A DNA stretch of 64,000 nucleotides. It comes from Haplodiscus bocki (Eukaryota). The notes beneath the pieces are model-generated. The model was given only the letters and a program-made list of their open reading frames with translations. It ran no database searches and had not been told where the DNA came from. The position numbers and the translations under genes are program-made. Positions 13,209-24,511 of the stretch are shown in pieces (the stretch's first letter is position 1; each line of letters opens with the position of its first letter). The stretch lies in contig OZ296654.1 of the NCBI GenBank assembly GCA_965655095.1, forward strand, positions 39,618,001-39,682,000, written 5' to 3'.

Positions 13209-13512
13209 GAATATTTTCGAAGAGGCGATGAAGGAATTTGGCTAAGACACAGTTTGAAATTGTCTTAGAATATTTTCAATAAGATGCGATTGGAATTTGG
13301 CTAACACACAACTTGAAATTGTCTCAGAATATTTTCGAAGAGATGCGATTGGAATTTGGCTAAGACACAATTTGGAATTGTCTTAGAATATTTTCGAAGA
13401 GATGCGATCGGAATTTGGCTGAGACAGAATTTGGAATTGTCTTAGAGTTTTTTCAATGAGAAGCGTTTGGAATTTGGTAAAGACATTATTTAAAAACGTC
13501 TTAGAAAATTTT
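13209..13512. repeat. 5 x 59-bp tandem repeat in LTR (also ~17743-18046)
   Basis: Unit GAATATTTTCGAAGAGATGCGATTGGAATTTGGCTAAGACACAATTTGGAATTGTCTTA, containing an internal TAAGACA...TGTCTTA inverted repeat. Confidence 0.9.
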
Positions 13513-15956
13513 CAGAGCAAGAATAAAGCTTTAGGAATATAATGAAGGGAAAGTGGAAGAGAGTTTCGCCTCGGGGAAATAGGCCCATTTGACGGTAGGA
13601 AAGGGAATGAAGAGAATGAGAGAGTACGGGGTGTTTTAACTCTGTTATATAGCAATCGAGTAATTGACCAATAGGAGAGCGCCACAAATAGCAATATCAA
13701 CGAAGATTATCCAGTCGGTAGAAACAGCTTGAAATTTGGAAAAGGGACGGTTTCTGCATATTTAATCCGTAACTCGGAATTTAGAATAAATTCTAAAGAC
13801 CACGGTAGCAGACGAGGTGAGAATGATCTATGAGTAACGTCAATTCTCTTTGCCTAAGAACCTCGTGGGGGGTCGTACAGTTTAAGATCCACTCATGCTT
13901 CAGAACCGAAGTTCATCCACGGAATCAGCACACGCTATTACCGAAGCTAGCGTTAGTGGACACCGTTTATACTCCGATGGCAAGAGTATAGAATTTGTAG
14001 AAGGAAAGAGGAAATTTTTCTAAGTCAGAATGAAAATGGGACTTGGAATATTTTTGTCCGAAGAGAAGCAGGAAGAGAATTTAGAATAAATTTAACCAAG
14101 CAAGAATGGAAAGAAAATAACGTTAAAAGGAAAGGGAGTAAAGTAAAAGGGAAGAGGAGAGTAATGTAAAGTAAAAGGGAAAGAAGTAAGGCTGCCGTCC
14201 GGTAAGCGAGTAAGGCAGTAATATTCAAGCCGCTTTCCTCTACCAGCTACAAAATGTAGCTAACGCGCGCGTGTCTTTATTTTGTGCGTTGAACCACATT
14301 TCAACGCGTTTAGAATTTTTCCTTTTCTTTCCTTTTACCTTTGTTTAAGCGTTAGCTATAACGCGACAACTTACCGGGGTTAAAGGGATAGAAAAATGAT
14401 TGGGGGGTGCTAGGGAAAAGTGAACGGGATGAGTGGGTAGAGTTTGGCAAAGCAACAATTCTAGAGAGTTTAAAATCCTGATTGAGGAAGAGCAGTGACA
14501 GCTTGTAGGGGAACCACATTTCACTCGAGTAGGCAAAACGTTTTCTGAACATGCTGGTCGTTTCGTCAGTTGTCCCGAAAGATAATTTCCCATGAAGCGA
14601 AGTCGAAAATTAAGCCATCGTGGAGGCGGGAGTTCAGCTGTGATCTGCTAATTGTTCTCGTTTTGTTCGTCAGCCGAGGCTGGGTTAGAAAAGTACGTCG
14701 TACTAGAAGTTGAATGTGAAGGATATATTACGTCTGGGATAATGAGGACAGCTGGCCAAGACCCAATAATCTTCTAGCTGCAATCAAGATGTTTACTGTA
14801 AGCTTTGTGTAACCTAACTTTCATCTGCAATCAGGTTAGCGGGAGAAAAGAAAAATAGCTTACTTCGCCACCGGATTCCCAAGTGGAAAAGGTCTCTCTA
14901 TTCTGCCAGAGGAATAGCTATGGACGAATGCCGTAATATCAAACCGGCGCTCTGTGGGCACTAAGACAGAGTAGGAGCTAAAATTTTAAAGTAGTAGCTC
15001 CACTACTATTAAAACGACGCCCAGATTTTTTTAGAGGACGCTGGATCGAACCCAGTATCGTCAAAAAAGTGCCAAATGAAATTTGCTTCTTCCGTAATTA
15101 GTATCAAAGTTATTAGAGTCTGTCAGCCTATTTTCAGGCCGTTTGTTATGCTTGTTTGAGAGTAATGTCGTCTGGAAGACCTCGTCAGGCTCAATTCCTT
15201 TTGGTCTGCTAGTGAAGTTTCAACAAGTAAGAGAAGTGTGGGCCCTTCAGTTATTATCCGGAAAGAAGACGAATAGATTATTTCAGAAAAATTGATTTAG
15301 GGGATCCATGAAAGTAATTTCGAAATTGTTCCAGGCTTGTAAGCATGAAGAACAACTGTCTCAAATTTAGTTATTGAATCGTGGGTGGGATGCTAATCAG
15401 TGACACCTCGTGAAATACCCCAAGGTCTCGATCCTAAATCCAGAAGATCGTCTAGGCTTTGGTTTTCCCATTTGTCCATTTTTCGGAGATTACTAGGGTC
15501 ACAAAGAGGCTGGCGAACCCTTCTGTTTAGGCTGTTTTGGGTTGAACATTGCAGCGAGTAGATTCTCAGCAATCCCGATCTTGACTTTGAAGAAATGTTT
15601 TCGTCAGAATTTTAAAAGTTTGATACAGGTTTTCCAAAAGTTTTCCTTGTTTATATGCTCCCGTTGGAGTTGCTTGTTTTCCATTTGCAGCGAAGAGTTA
15701 ATTTTGGTTGGTTTTTGGTGTGGCTAGGGCATTATGATCGATTTCCTTGCGGGTCAAGAATTCCAGGTAATTAATTGCGTGGATAATCCTTGCTGAGAAG
15801 ATTTCTGTATGCATGTCTGATGCCGGTTATTTGGATTAGAAGAATAGATGTTGGATTAGACGTAAGCAATGAAGAAGGTGCAATCAACTATAGTTAAGTT
15901 ACAAAAAGTTTGAAGGGGGTAAAAAAAAAGAAAATATAAAAGAGATTTTGGAGGCT

Positions 15957-17126
15957 TCAGAAACCTAACGGATGTGAGTCCGACGATTCACCGTCAGACT
16001 CGCCGATTGATATAGCTTCTGCCTTATTGAAGCTCATGCCATTGTTCCTTGGAAAGAGTCTTCGTTCGGGAGGAGTAAACTGTTCATCTTCATGTTGCCA
16101 ATTTGCATCCTCGTTAGATAGCCGTTCGATCGATGGGCTGTTTCTATCGTCCAGATCAAGAAAATCGTTCATGGCCTCATGGTTTGGTGGTTTACGGTTG
16201 AATTGGTCAGTGGAAGAGTTCTTCATGAGACTGATAATCCTTTTAGATGACATATCATTGCGTATTTTGCGTACTTCTTCATCTCGCATCTTTTTGCGAC
16301 ACCAATTTAGTGTATGTCCATTTTAATGGCAGTAATTACAGAATCGGGTAGTTTTTTGTCTTCCCTGTTGATTGGGATGAAAAGTTCGTGAAGTTACTGC
16401 TACGGCATTGACGTGATATTCTTTCAACTCTGATCGAAGGTTTTTTATCTCCTGTCCAAGTGTTGCCAATTCTGCTTTGGTTTGTGTTTCATGGGATAGA
16501 AAGGTCGAAGATACTTCTAGTATCAAATCTTTCTGAATTATATGAGCCCAGAAATCGTTCCACGTGGCGTTTGGACGCTCCATTAGATATTCTTGAGCTT
16601 TCCGTTGCAGATATCTAGGTCTAAGTCCTCGCAAACTGTAGTCCATGTACCTTGGTCTCCTTTGTCCGCCTTGTGCTGCCCGTTCCGCATTTTGTTGAGC
16701 GGCCTCAATACCGTTTAAATCATCGGGCCATCTTTTATCAACCGTTCGTTTGATACGGTGTAAAAAATTCCGAATTTCTTCTCCATCTCCTCTAATACAA
16801 TGTTCCACTTCCATGCGGTATCGGAATTTGTTTCGTCCATCTGAAAATCTAGTGATGAAATTTGTTCGAACATTCTCCCATGTTGCTGCGTTGCTAATAT
16901 TGCTCTCGTACCACTCAGCGGCTGGTCCTCGGAGTAAAGAGGAAAAGAGCGCTTTCTTCCTGAAAGTGTAATTTGCCAGTTCACCAGCATCTGCAGGTGC
17001 GTCTCCAAGAGCAAAGTTGATTTTTCGTTCGATTAGTTGGATGAAAGATTCGGCATCTTGATCGGGGTCCGTGCCAGAAAATTTGTCCATCGCCAGGTCG
17101 TGATAGGCGAGATGAGCAGCAGCCAT
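15957..17126 (-). pseudogene. gag: Ty3/gypsy gag (capsid plus CCHC nucleocapsid) with one in-frame TAA
   Basis: MAAAHLAYHDLAMDKFSGTD...LRGPAAEWY...W..VRTNFITRF...RGDGEEIRNFLHRIK. Knuckle CNYCH*NGHTLNWC; the frame continues into ORF 15957-16289. Confidence 0.88.
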
Positions 17127-17211
17127 TGTAATAATTATCAGAACAACATAACCCATACAAATACAGCTCCAGCAAAAACGGATTTTAGTTAAAAGGGTTG
17201 CTCACTGTTGG

Positions 17212-17229
17212 GCCTCACTGGTCGCACCA
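17212..17229 (-). promoter_or_regulatory. Primer binding site of gag-only element 1
   Basis: Minus strand TGGTGCGACCAGTGAGGC, 3 nt from the LTR. The TGGTGC-N5-GTGAGG pattern matches the 3' ends of elongator tRNA-Met or tRNA-Ile(UAU). Confidence 0.7.
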
Positions 17230-17232
17230 GTT

Positions 17233-18902
17233 TGTGGCACGTGGTAGGGGTATTGGTATAGCAAATCTCTTATTTACTTGTTTGTGCTGGCGGCTGACTC
17301 AGTCAGCACTAATATGCTATAGCGACAGTTATTTTTTATAAGTCTCAATAGAGTACCTTGCTTAACGTGCGAACAAAGGGATTGCGTGAATTCAAGCAAG
17401 GACTTGTGAGCTATAAAGATATAGAGAATACAAAAGAAAATTTAAATTGTAAACAGTGACAATTCAAAATGTTAAACCGTGAAGGAAATATTACTGCGCG
17501 TATGGGAAAGGGGAATTACTCATATGGTCTTTTAAGTTAGAATCTGGCATTGGTCGTGTTGATGTTGGCTGTTGTTGATTACTGCTGATTGCTGATGGCT
17601 GCTGCTGGTTGCTGGATGGTTGCTAACTGCGGCTTGGATACGGCTGGTTGCTGGATGATTGCTGATTGCGGCTGGGATACGGCTGGTTGCTGGACGATTG
17701 CTGATTGCGGCTGGGATACTGCTTGCAGGCGGAAAAATCTTTGAATATTTTCGAAGAGGCGATGAAGGAATTTGGCTAAGACACAGTTTGAAATTGTCTT
17801 AGAATATTTTCAATAAGATGCGATTGGAATTTGGCTAACACACAACTTGAAATTGTCTCAGAATATTTTCGAAGAGATGCGATTGGAATTTGGCTAAGAC
17901 ACAATTTGGAATTGTCTTAGAATATTTTCGAAGAGATGCGATCGGAATTTGGCTGAGACAGAATTTGGAATTGTCTTAGAATTTTTTCAATGAGAAGCGT
18001 TTGGAATTTGGTAAAGACATTATTTAAAAACGTCTTAGAAAATTTTCAGAGCAAGAATAAAGCTTTAGGAATATAATGAAGGGAAAGTGGAAGAGAGTTT
18101 CGCCTCGGGGAAATAGGCCCATTTGACGGTAGGAAAGGGAATGAAGAGAATGAGAGAGTACGGGGTATTTTTACTCTGTTATATAGCAATCGAGTAATTG
18201 ACCAATAGGAGAGCGCCACAAATAGCAATGTCAACGAAGATTATCTAGTCGGTAGAAATAGCTTGAAATTTGGAAAAGGGACGGTTTCTGCATATTTAAT
18301 CCGTAACTCGGAATTTAGAATAAATTCTAAAGACCACGGTAGCAGACGAGGTGAGAATGATCTATGAGTAACGTCAATTCTCTTTGCCTAAGAACCTCGT
18401 GGGGGGTCGTACAGTTTAAGATCCACTCATGCTTCAGAACCGAAGTTCATCCACGGAATCAGCACACGCTATTACCGAAGCTAGCGTTAGTGGACACCGT
18501 TTATACTCCGATGGCAAGAGTATAGAATTTGTAGAAGGAAAGAGGAAATTTTTCTAAGTCAGAATGAAAATGGGACTTGGAATATTTTTGTCCGAAGAGA
18601 AGCAGGAAGAGAATTTAGAATAAATTTAACCAAGCAAGAATGGAAAGAAAATAACGTTAAAAGGAAAGGGAGTAAAGTAAAAGGGAAGAGGAGAGTAATG
18701 TAAAGTAAAAGGGAAAGAAGTAAGGCTGCCGTCCGGTAAGCGAGTAAGGCAGTAATATTCAAGCCGCTTTCCTCTACCAGCTACAAAATGTAGCTAACGC
18801 GCGCGTGTCTTTATTTTGTGCGTTGAACCACATTTCAACGCGTTTAGAATTTTTCCTTTTCTTTCCTTTTACCTTTGTTTAAGCGTTAGCTATAACGCGA
18901 CA
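17233..18902 (-). repeat. 5' LTR of gag-only element 1
   Basis: Direct repeat of 12699-14368, adjacent to the PBS on the minus strand. Confidence 0.95.
17308..17340 (-). promoter_or_regulatory. Putative LTR core promoter (TATA plus Inr)
   Basis: Minus strand TATAAAAA (17340-17333) about 30 nt upstream of Inr-like TTAGT (17312-17308). Implies ~1.59 kb U3 and a very short R/U5. Confidence 0.45.
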
Positions 18903-20899
18903 CTACCTTTAATGGTTCTGGAAAAAGTCATTTTTAAAAAAAAGAACCCGACGTTTTTCTCCAAAAATCCCAAATTTCGTACCTTTTAGGAATTCTTACT
19001 TTTTCAGTCGCATTCTGCTGCAAATTTGCTATAATTTTGTGATAAAAAGTTTTCAAATTCAGAATCGGACATTTCGGTTGGACAATATCTATTGGCAACT
19101 AAACGTAAAAAAACGTCCCCGTTGATTGGATAATCTTCCTTCCATATTATAAACATGGGCGAAAAATATTGAAAATAAAGATCGACGAGGAGTCCATTCA
19201 CTTAATTTCGCGAAGTAACAAGCATCAGGACCCCCATTAGTTTCTTTTCAAATCAAGTTGTAAAACTGTAGATCAAAAATTGCCCTGAGTTGATGAATAA
19301 TAAAAATTTTCCATTAGCAGAATGATCAAGGCACATTTTGTTACAAATATGAAAAAAAGAGGTGCCGCAGCGCTGCAATATTTTCCGTCGACGAAGTATT
19401 TGAACGAAGTATCTGCACTTTACCTAAATGCGGCCTTGCAAACAGCAGGAATTTTTGCAATTTTTGAACTATGAGTCTCCCAATACAAGGAACAAAACCT
19501 AAAGAACCTAAAGTGGTGACTTTTTTGGAAAAGAGTTTTCGGAAGACGCAATCATGAAAACAATTTCAGGGGACAGTTCTAGAGTGAAAAACATTTGATT
19601 TTGGAAGAAATCTTAAAGTGTGCAGTTTTTGATTTTTGCCGCCTACCAGAGTTCAAAAGGAATCGAACAAACTTAAGATTTTACTGTTTAATGATTTTTT
19701 ACACCCAGAGCGCGGTCTACTGAGACCATGATCCAGCGGATAATTTCAGCAATAAGTTGAGTGAGAAAGTCAGAAATAACGAATACTTAGGCACCTTTTG
19801 GGCCCTTCAGCCTATCACGACACTGATGTCTTTAAAAAAGCTGATATTTTAACGCGGAACACTTTTTAACATGTAGAAAACTGTAGATTGATGCAAGAAC
19901 GGAAAAAATCACGCCGCAGTTTCGGAGAAAACGAAAGTTGAATGTCAACAAACTTCATTACCAACCACATTATTGGCATTTTCGGCATACCAAGGCTCGA
20001 AGGAGGCAAAAAGGCATTACATGTCTCCAGAAAATATAGCAGCTGGCTGTCGATTTTTGTTTCCGTGGAAGAAGTTCAACTCGCAGTGTATGGAAAAAAT
20101 GGTTTGAACTTTGTGAAGGATTCTTAGAAATTGCACTTGTTGATGGTTTCGAACAATCAAAAAACCGCTTCTTACAAAAACACTAGAAAAATTTCTTGAT
20201 TCACTTTCCGCACCTACAAAAATGACGATTCAGAATTTGATCAAAGATAACCAGTCAGTTGATGTGCTTAAGTCAAACTGGATGTTAAAACCTAGAAATG
20301 TTGAAACTTCTGGCATTTTTTGACTTCCTCTGTCCCTGAGAAGTCCAATGCAGTGATGACCAACCCTGAGTTTGGTGTTGGATGCCCTTGCGAAAAGTCA
20401 AAAGTGTCGATTAAGATGTTGATTGAGGAAATCAAGCTGATAGATAAAGTTATAGGCAAAAATCACTCCGAAAATCGAGAAAAGTCAATGCTCATAAAAA
20501 ATCTTTACCAGGTTGGCCAATCAAGATTCCCCTAGAACATCCAAAATCTGACAAACTTGTGTTGAAAGCCAAAGGACAAAAAAGAAACCTTTCCTTCAGG
20601 CCTTCAATGAAGAAATCAGTCCGGTACTTCAGAAAGGAAGTGAAACTGAATATCCAAAAAAAAACATTTTCCAATGGAACTTCTTGGCATTTCCATTTCC
20701 TCAGAATTCGGAAATAAAGACTATTAACCAAAAAATACCACTGAAAGCTCTTCCAAAAGACATTAATTATCGATTAAGACCTTGATAAGAGAAAGCAAGC
20801 CCGCAGTTTGCAAAATTTTCAGCTTGAATACAAAGAAAACCTAATAATAAAGAATTTTTTTTCACTTCAGTTTCTGAGAAAAATTATCCATCTAATATA

Positions 20900-22950
20900 A
20901 TATCAGTTCTAGTGTTGAAGATTATTCTTGAAGTTAAAAGTTGTTAATTTGGACAAAGTTGGGAAAATTAAAGACGATGTTTACGGGCAAAAAGTGCCGT
21001 TTTCTTTTCAAGGAAATTATTAGTGTCGGAAAGTTTTGACAATTTCAGTCTGTGAGAAATCGAATAGCTTCAAGAAAACCCAAATATCCTTGTTAAATGC
21101 TTTTTTACAAGCTAACAGTTGTTGGTAAAGATATTGATTGAAGAGATTAAGTCGTTTGTTTAGGAGAAACTTGGAGTTGGAACTTAATTTTTGATTTCAA
21201 TTCTTTACTCTTTGGCTCATCAATTTTCTATTGCACTGATCAGAACCTAAAATTTTTGAGTCTAATGTTCTTTTACAAATGAAAAATTTTTGATTGAGGC
21301 CCTGAAAGAAAACCTAAGCCAGTTGTTTAAGAGGAATGTGAGTTTGAACATCGATTACAGCCAATATTAACTTGTAGTCATTGAAATGCAATTTTTGGCT
21401 TCTAAGGCCTCGCAAGATTCTTTTGCATTATTCAAACCCACTAATGTTTTTGCACTTACTTTCAGAACAAAAACGCTACTCGGTTGAGGTACTGTTGTGA
21501 AAAATTAAGCTGGTTAACCAGAAAAGCGAGTTTGCAAGAAGACTCAAAGTCACTAGAAGTCGAGACAAATCACTTTCTTCGGCAATGTCTGCCATTATGG
21601 ATTGTGAAGCAAAGAACACAATCCAAAATTTATATGCTGTATTTTTTTATGCATGTTGGAAGTTGTACACTGAGACTTTGTTGGAAGTAATCCTGTGGGT
21701 TGTTAAGCAGAAAGATGTGTTCGATCAAAGAAAAAATCAGTACCATATCTGTGAGAAACCAAATGGCACACTTTATTTTTTGTCGTTTTATAGTCAGGTC
21801 AGGCAAAAAATCGAGAATTTGATTAACACAACCGCTTCTTATTGTTTGCTTTTCAAGATTTGTGCTAACAAAGTTGATCTCAAAAGCTTGAGATTCTAGA
21901 TATTAGATGGTTTGTAAACCTACTCCTAAACTGTTATTTTAGACAATTTTTTTCGAAATCTGATATTTGCTCATCCAAGAAATTATATTTTCAATTTCTT
22001 TTAATGTGAGCCGATATCTTATCACTTAGTGGGCTTATTAGTTTGTTTGAATTTAGGAAACTCAAAAATTTCATAGAAAATCATCAAGTTCCATGCAAAA
22101 ACTGCTATACGTTATCTTATTACATGTAGAAGCAAATTTCTTTGTCTAAACACTCACTTTTTTATGGATAACAGAATTTTGAGGGTTATTATGCACTTTC
22201 TGGCTTTCAAAAGTTGAGAAATGTTATGCTGAGAAAAATTTTGCCAATTGGTTTAAAATACTTTAAATTTGTCCAAATTTTTGAAAGATGATTGCTCCAG
22301 GAGTAAAACTGCGGGTGCCTATTTTCTATTATATTGATGCAATTTTTTTTAAACAAAAACCCTTGTAATCTACGTTTAAATGCAAGAAGCTTTTGTTCCT
22401 AAGAGTTCCTTGTAGGTTCGTTTGACTTTTAGATATTCAGCTGTCGCATTTATTGTTCACATCTTTGTGTTCCATTTCTTTATCACAGCACTGTATTCTG
22501 ATTACGCTGATATGAGTTGTCCGTATGTCACCGCTTATATCAGGAAATAATTACGCAACATATTTTACCTCTTGTGTCCCAAATCAGAATTAATTTGAAT
22601 AACCGTTCGAATAAATCAGATTAGGTTAGAGGGCGACGTGAAAAAGTTCATCAACCTCAAGCAAGAGTTCTTCTGATCACGTTCACTTATTTTCTGGCAA
22701 TCTTTTTCTTTTTTTTTCAGACGATAAGTTTGATTCTGATCTCTATGGACGTGATAGAGCTTCTAGATTTTCGGTGTTTTAAAGAATTTGGTTTTAGAAA
22801 AGGAATACTTGTAAAAAATTATCCCAACAAAACTGTGTGTGAAGGCTCCACCTTCTTTTAGAGAACTTCATTTAATGGCAAAAGCCAGGCGATTTACGGC
22901 TGTCTAAGAATTCATAAAAAAGGAACGTATTTTTTGAATTTGTTGAAAGC
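20900..22950 (+). pseudogene. Highly decayed protein-primed DNA polymerase B-like remnant (Polinton/Maverick)
   Basis: Scattered frame fragments in colinear order resembling Polinton pPolB: FDFNS (~21190), KPVV.KRN, EMQFLASKASQDSF (~21385), IELLDFRCFKEF (~22755), LMAKA..IYG (~22870). Boundaries approximate. Confidence 0.35.
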
Positions 22951-24255
22951 GAATCCCGTTAAAGGTCACATGATCACTGAGTGATTGAAGTTGACCGCAA
23001 CAAGCATTCCATAACTTCTGCTCTGTGTTATCTCTGGCAAGTTATTTTTATTTTCTAGGAAATTTGAAGACTGCTCATAAATAACCGAGTCGTATCACCT
23101 GTCTTATTACCAGAAAAGGGGAGGTAATACGACAGAGCATGAAGCAGACCTAAAATTTTCTCAGAAACTGCAAATTGCTCCTGTTATGTCCTGGACCTTA
23201 AAATTCTACGTCTTCCGCTTCTAGTCGGTGCTTTTCCGTTAAAAGTGCCAAAAAAACCGCCATTTTTTTCGTAAGACTAAATATTAAGGAATCAATTTTC
23301 TTTACCCTCATTATTTCTTTGAGAAATCACGTTTTGAACTTTGGGAGTACGATGATTTGGAGTCCAAATGAAAAAAAAATCAACGAATTGCTTTATAAAA
23401 ATCCTTGTAAATTTTGAACCACAGCACCAACTTGAACCTTCGTGGGTTCTATTGACAAGATGTGAGATATTTGTGACGATTGTGTGGTTAATTTTGGTTT
23501 CGAGTGGCTTACTTCAATTATTTTGATTGGTGATGGTTTAATTCCAACTATTCAACTATTCGTATTAAAGAAATCACTCTATGCTGTTTGGTATAAATGC
23601 GCGAAGTCCAGTTCACAACCAGGCATTAGTAGGTACTATAAACAATGCGGTAGTTTCTTTATCTTTGCGACAGGGGGATGCTACGTTGGTACCTTACCAC
23701 CACTGGGCTCACGGCTTTCAATCAGCCACTGGCGGACCAGGACCTAAACGGGCTTCTTCTTAATTTTGTCCGCTCAGTATAGAGTAATTTCAATAATAGA
23801 TGTTATCAGCTCTATGCAAACGAGTTGTTTTTTAATTCTTCAATATCTAAATTCTACAATTTCTATTACTGGTGGTGGTGGTGGTTCTGACTTTCTATCT
23901 TCTCAAATTTTAGCGAACTCTGAACAAATTTCATCTCTTTCTAATTTTCTTTCGAATGCGTGTTTCTGGTTCTCGTCACACATATAATTTTTGTTAGTAG
24001 CGAGTCTGGGGTTACTTTACTACTATTGAATTGAAAAAGTTGTTTAACTACTTTATAGTTACTGAAAAGGGATTTGTTTTAAGTTTCCTATATTAAACGT
24101 GGAAGAAAGAAATTTTTAAAGTTGGTTGGTTATTTTCTTTTTCGCCTCGATATTGTTAAAGCAAATGAAATTTTACACGACTAATATTATATTAATATTT
24201 TAACTAACGACATTATTCTTTTAACTGGATATAGAAGTGGTAGTATTGAGGATAT

Positions 24256-24372
24256 TCCAAATGGTAGACCCAAGTTCCAAATGAGAGATCCAAAGTCCAG
24301 GTGATAGATTCGAATCCAAATGAAAGATCCAGAAAGCCCAGATGAGAAATACCAAGTCCATATGAGAGAATA
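24256..24372. repeat. Degenerate ~20-bp tandem repeat (about 6 units)
   Basis: CCAAATGAGAGATCCAAAGT-like units. Confidence 0.65.
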
Positions 24373-24511
24373 GACGTCTAACGTCGAGCTCGCGGTCTTT
24401 ATTTTGTTTTTCTAAGTTGGGTGTCTGAAAGCAGAGATTTGTGATGCTGTCTTATATACTCTGCCCGGCGTGATCAATTTTTATGCCTGTTGGTCTTTTG
24501 ACGTTATTTGA

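Larger units (their letters stand above)
12699..14368 (-). repeat. 3' LTR of gag-only element 1
   Basis: Direct repeat of 17233-18902. Confidence 0.95.
12699..18902 (-). mobile_element. Gag-only non-autonomous Ty3/gypsy-type LTR element (TR-GAG-like), 1670-bp LTRs
   Basis: LTRs 12699-14368 and 17233-18902 (TG...CA, about 9 differences by eye). 4-bp TSD CTAC at 12695-12698 and 18903-18906. PBS and gag on the minus strand. No RT/IN motifs seen in the 2.86-kb interior. Confidence 0.9.
12466..19170 (+). mobile_element. Helentron/DINE-1-like non-autonomous element, split by the LTR element at 12699-18902
   Basis: Halves 12466-12698 and 18903-19170 are colinear with the uninterrupted reverse copy at 31223-31707. 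Starts AAACAAGAC, has subterminal inverted repeat ATATTTTCCGCC / GGCGAAAAATAT and terminal hairpin CCATATTATAAACATGG. Confidence 0.65.

Noticed and set aside
13209-13512. CRISPR-like array of palindromic repeats
   Set aside because: Units are contiguous tandem copies without unique spacers, lie inside an LTR in eukaryotic DNA, and no cas genes are present.
15121-15200. Hammerhead ribozyme (retrozyme) core on the minus strand: CTGACGA-GGTC...GGCC-T-GAAA
   Set aside because: There is an extra base before GAAA and no consistent stem I, stem III or UH site could be built.
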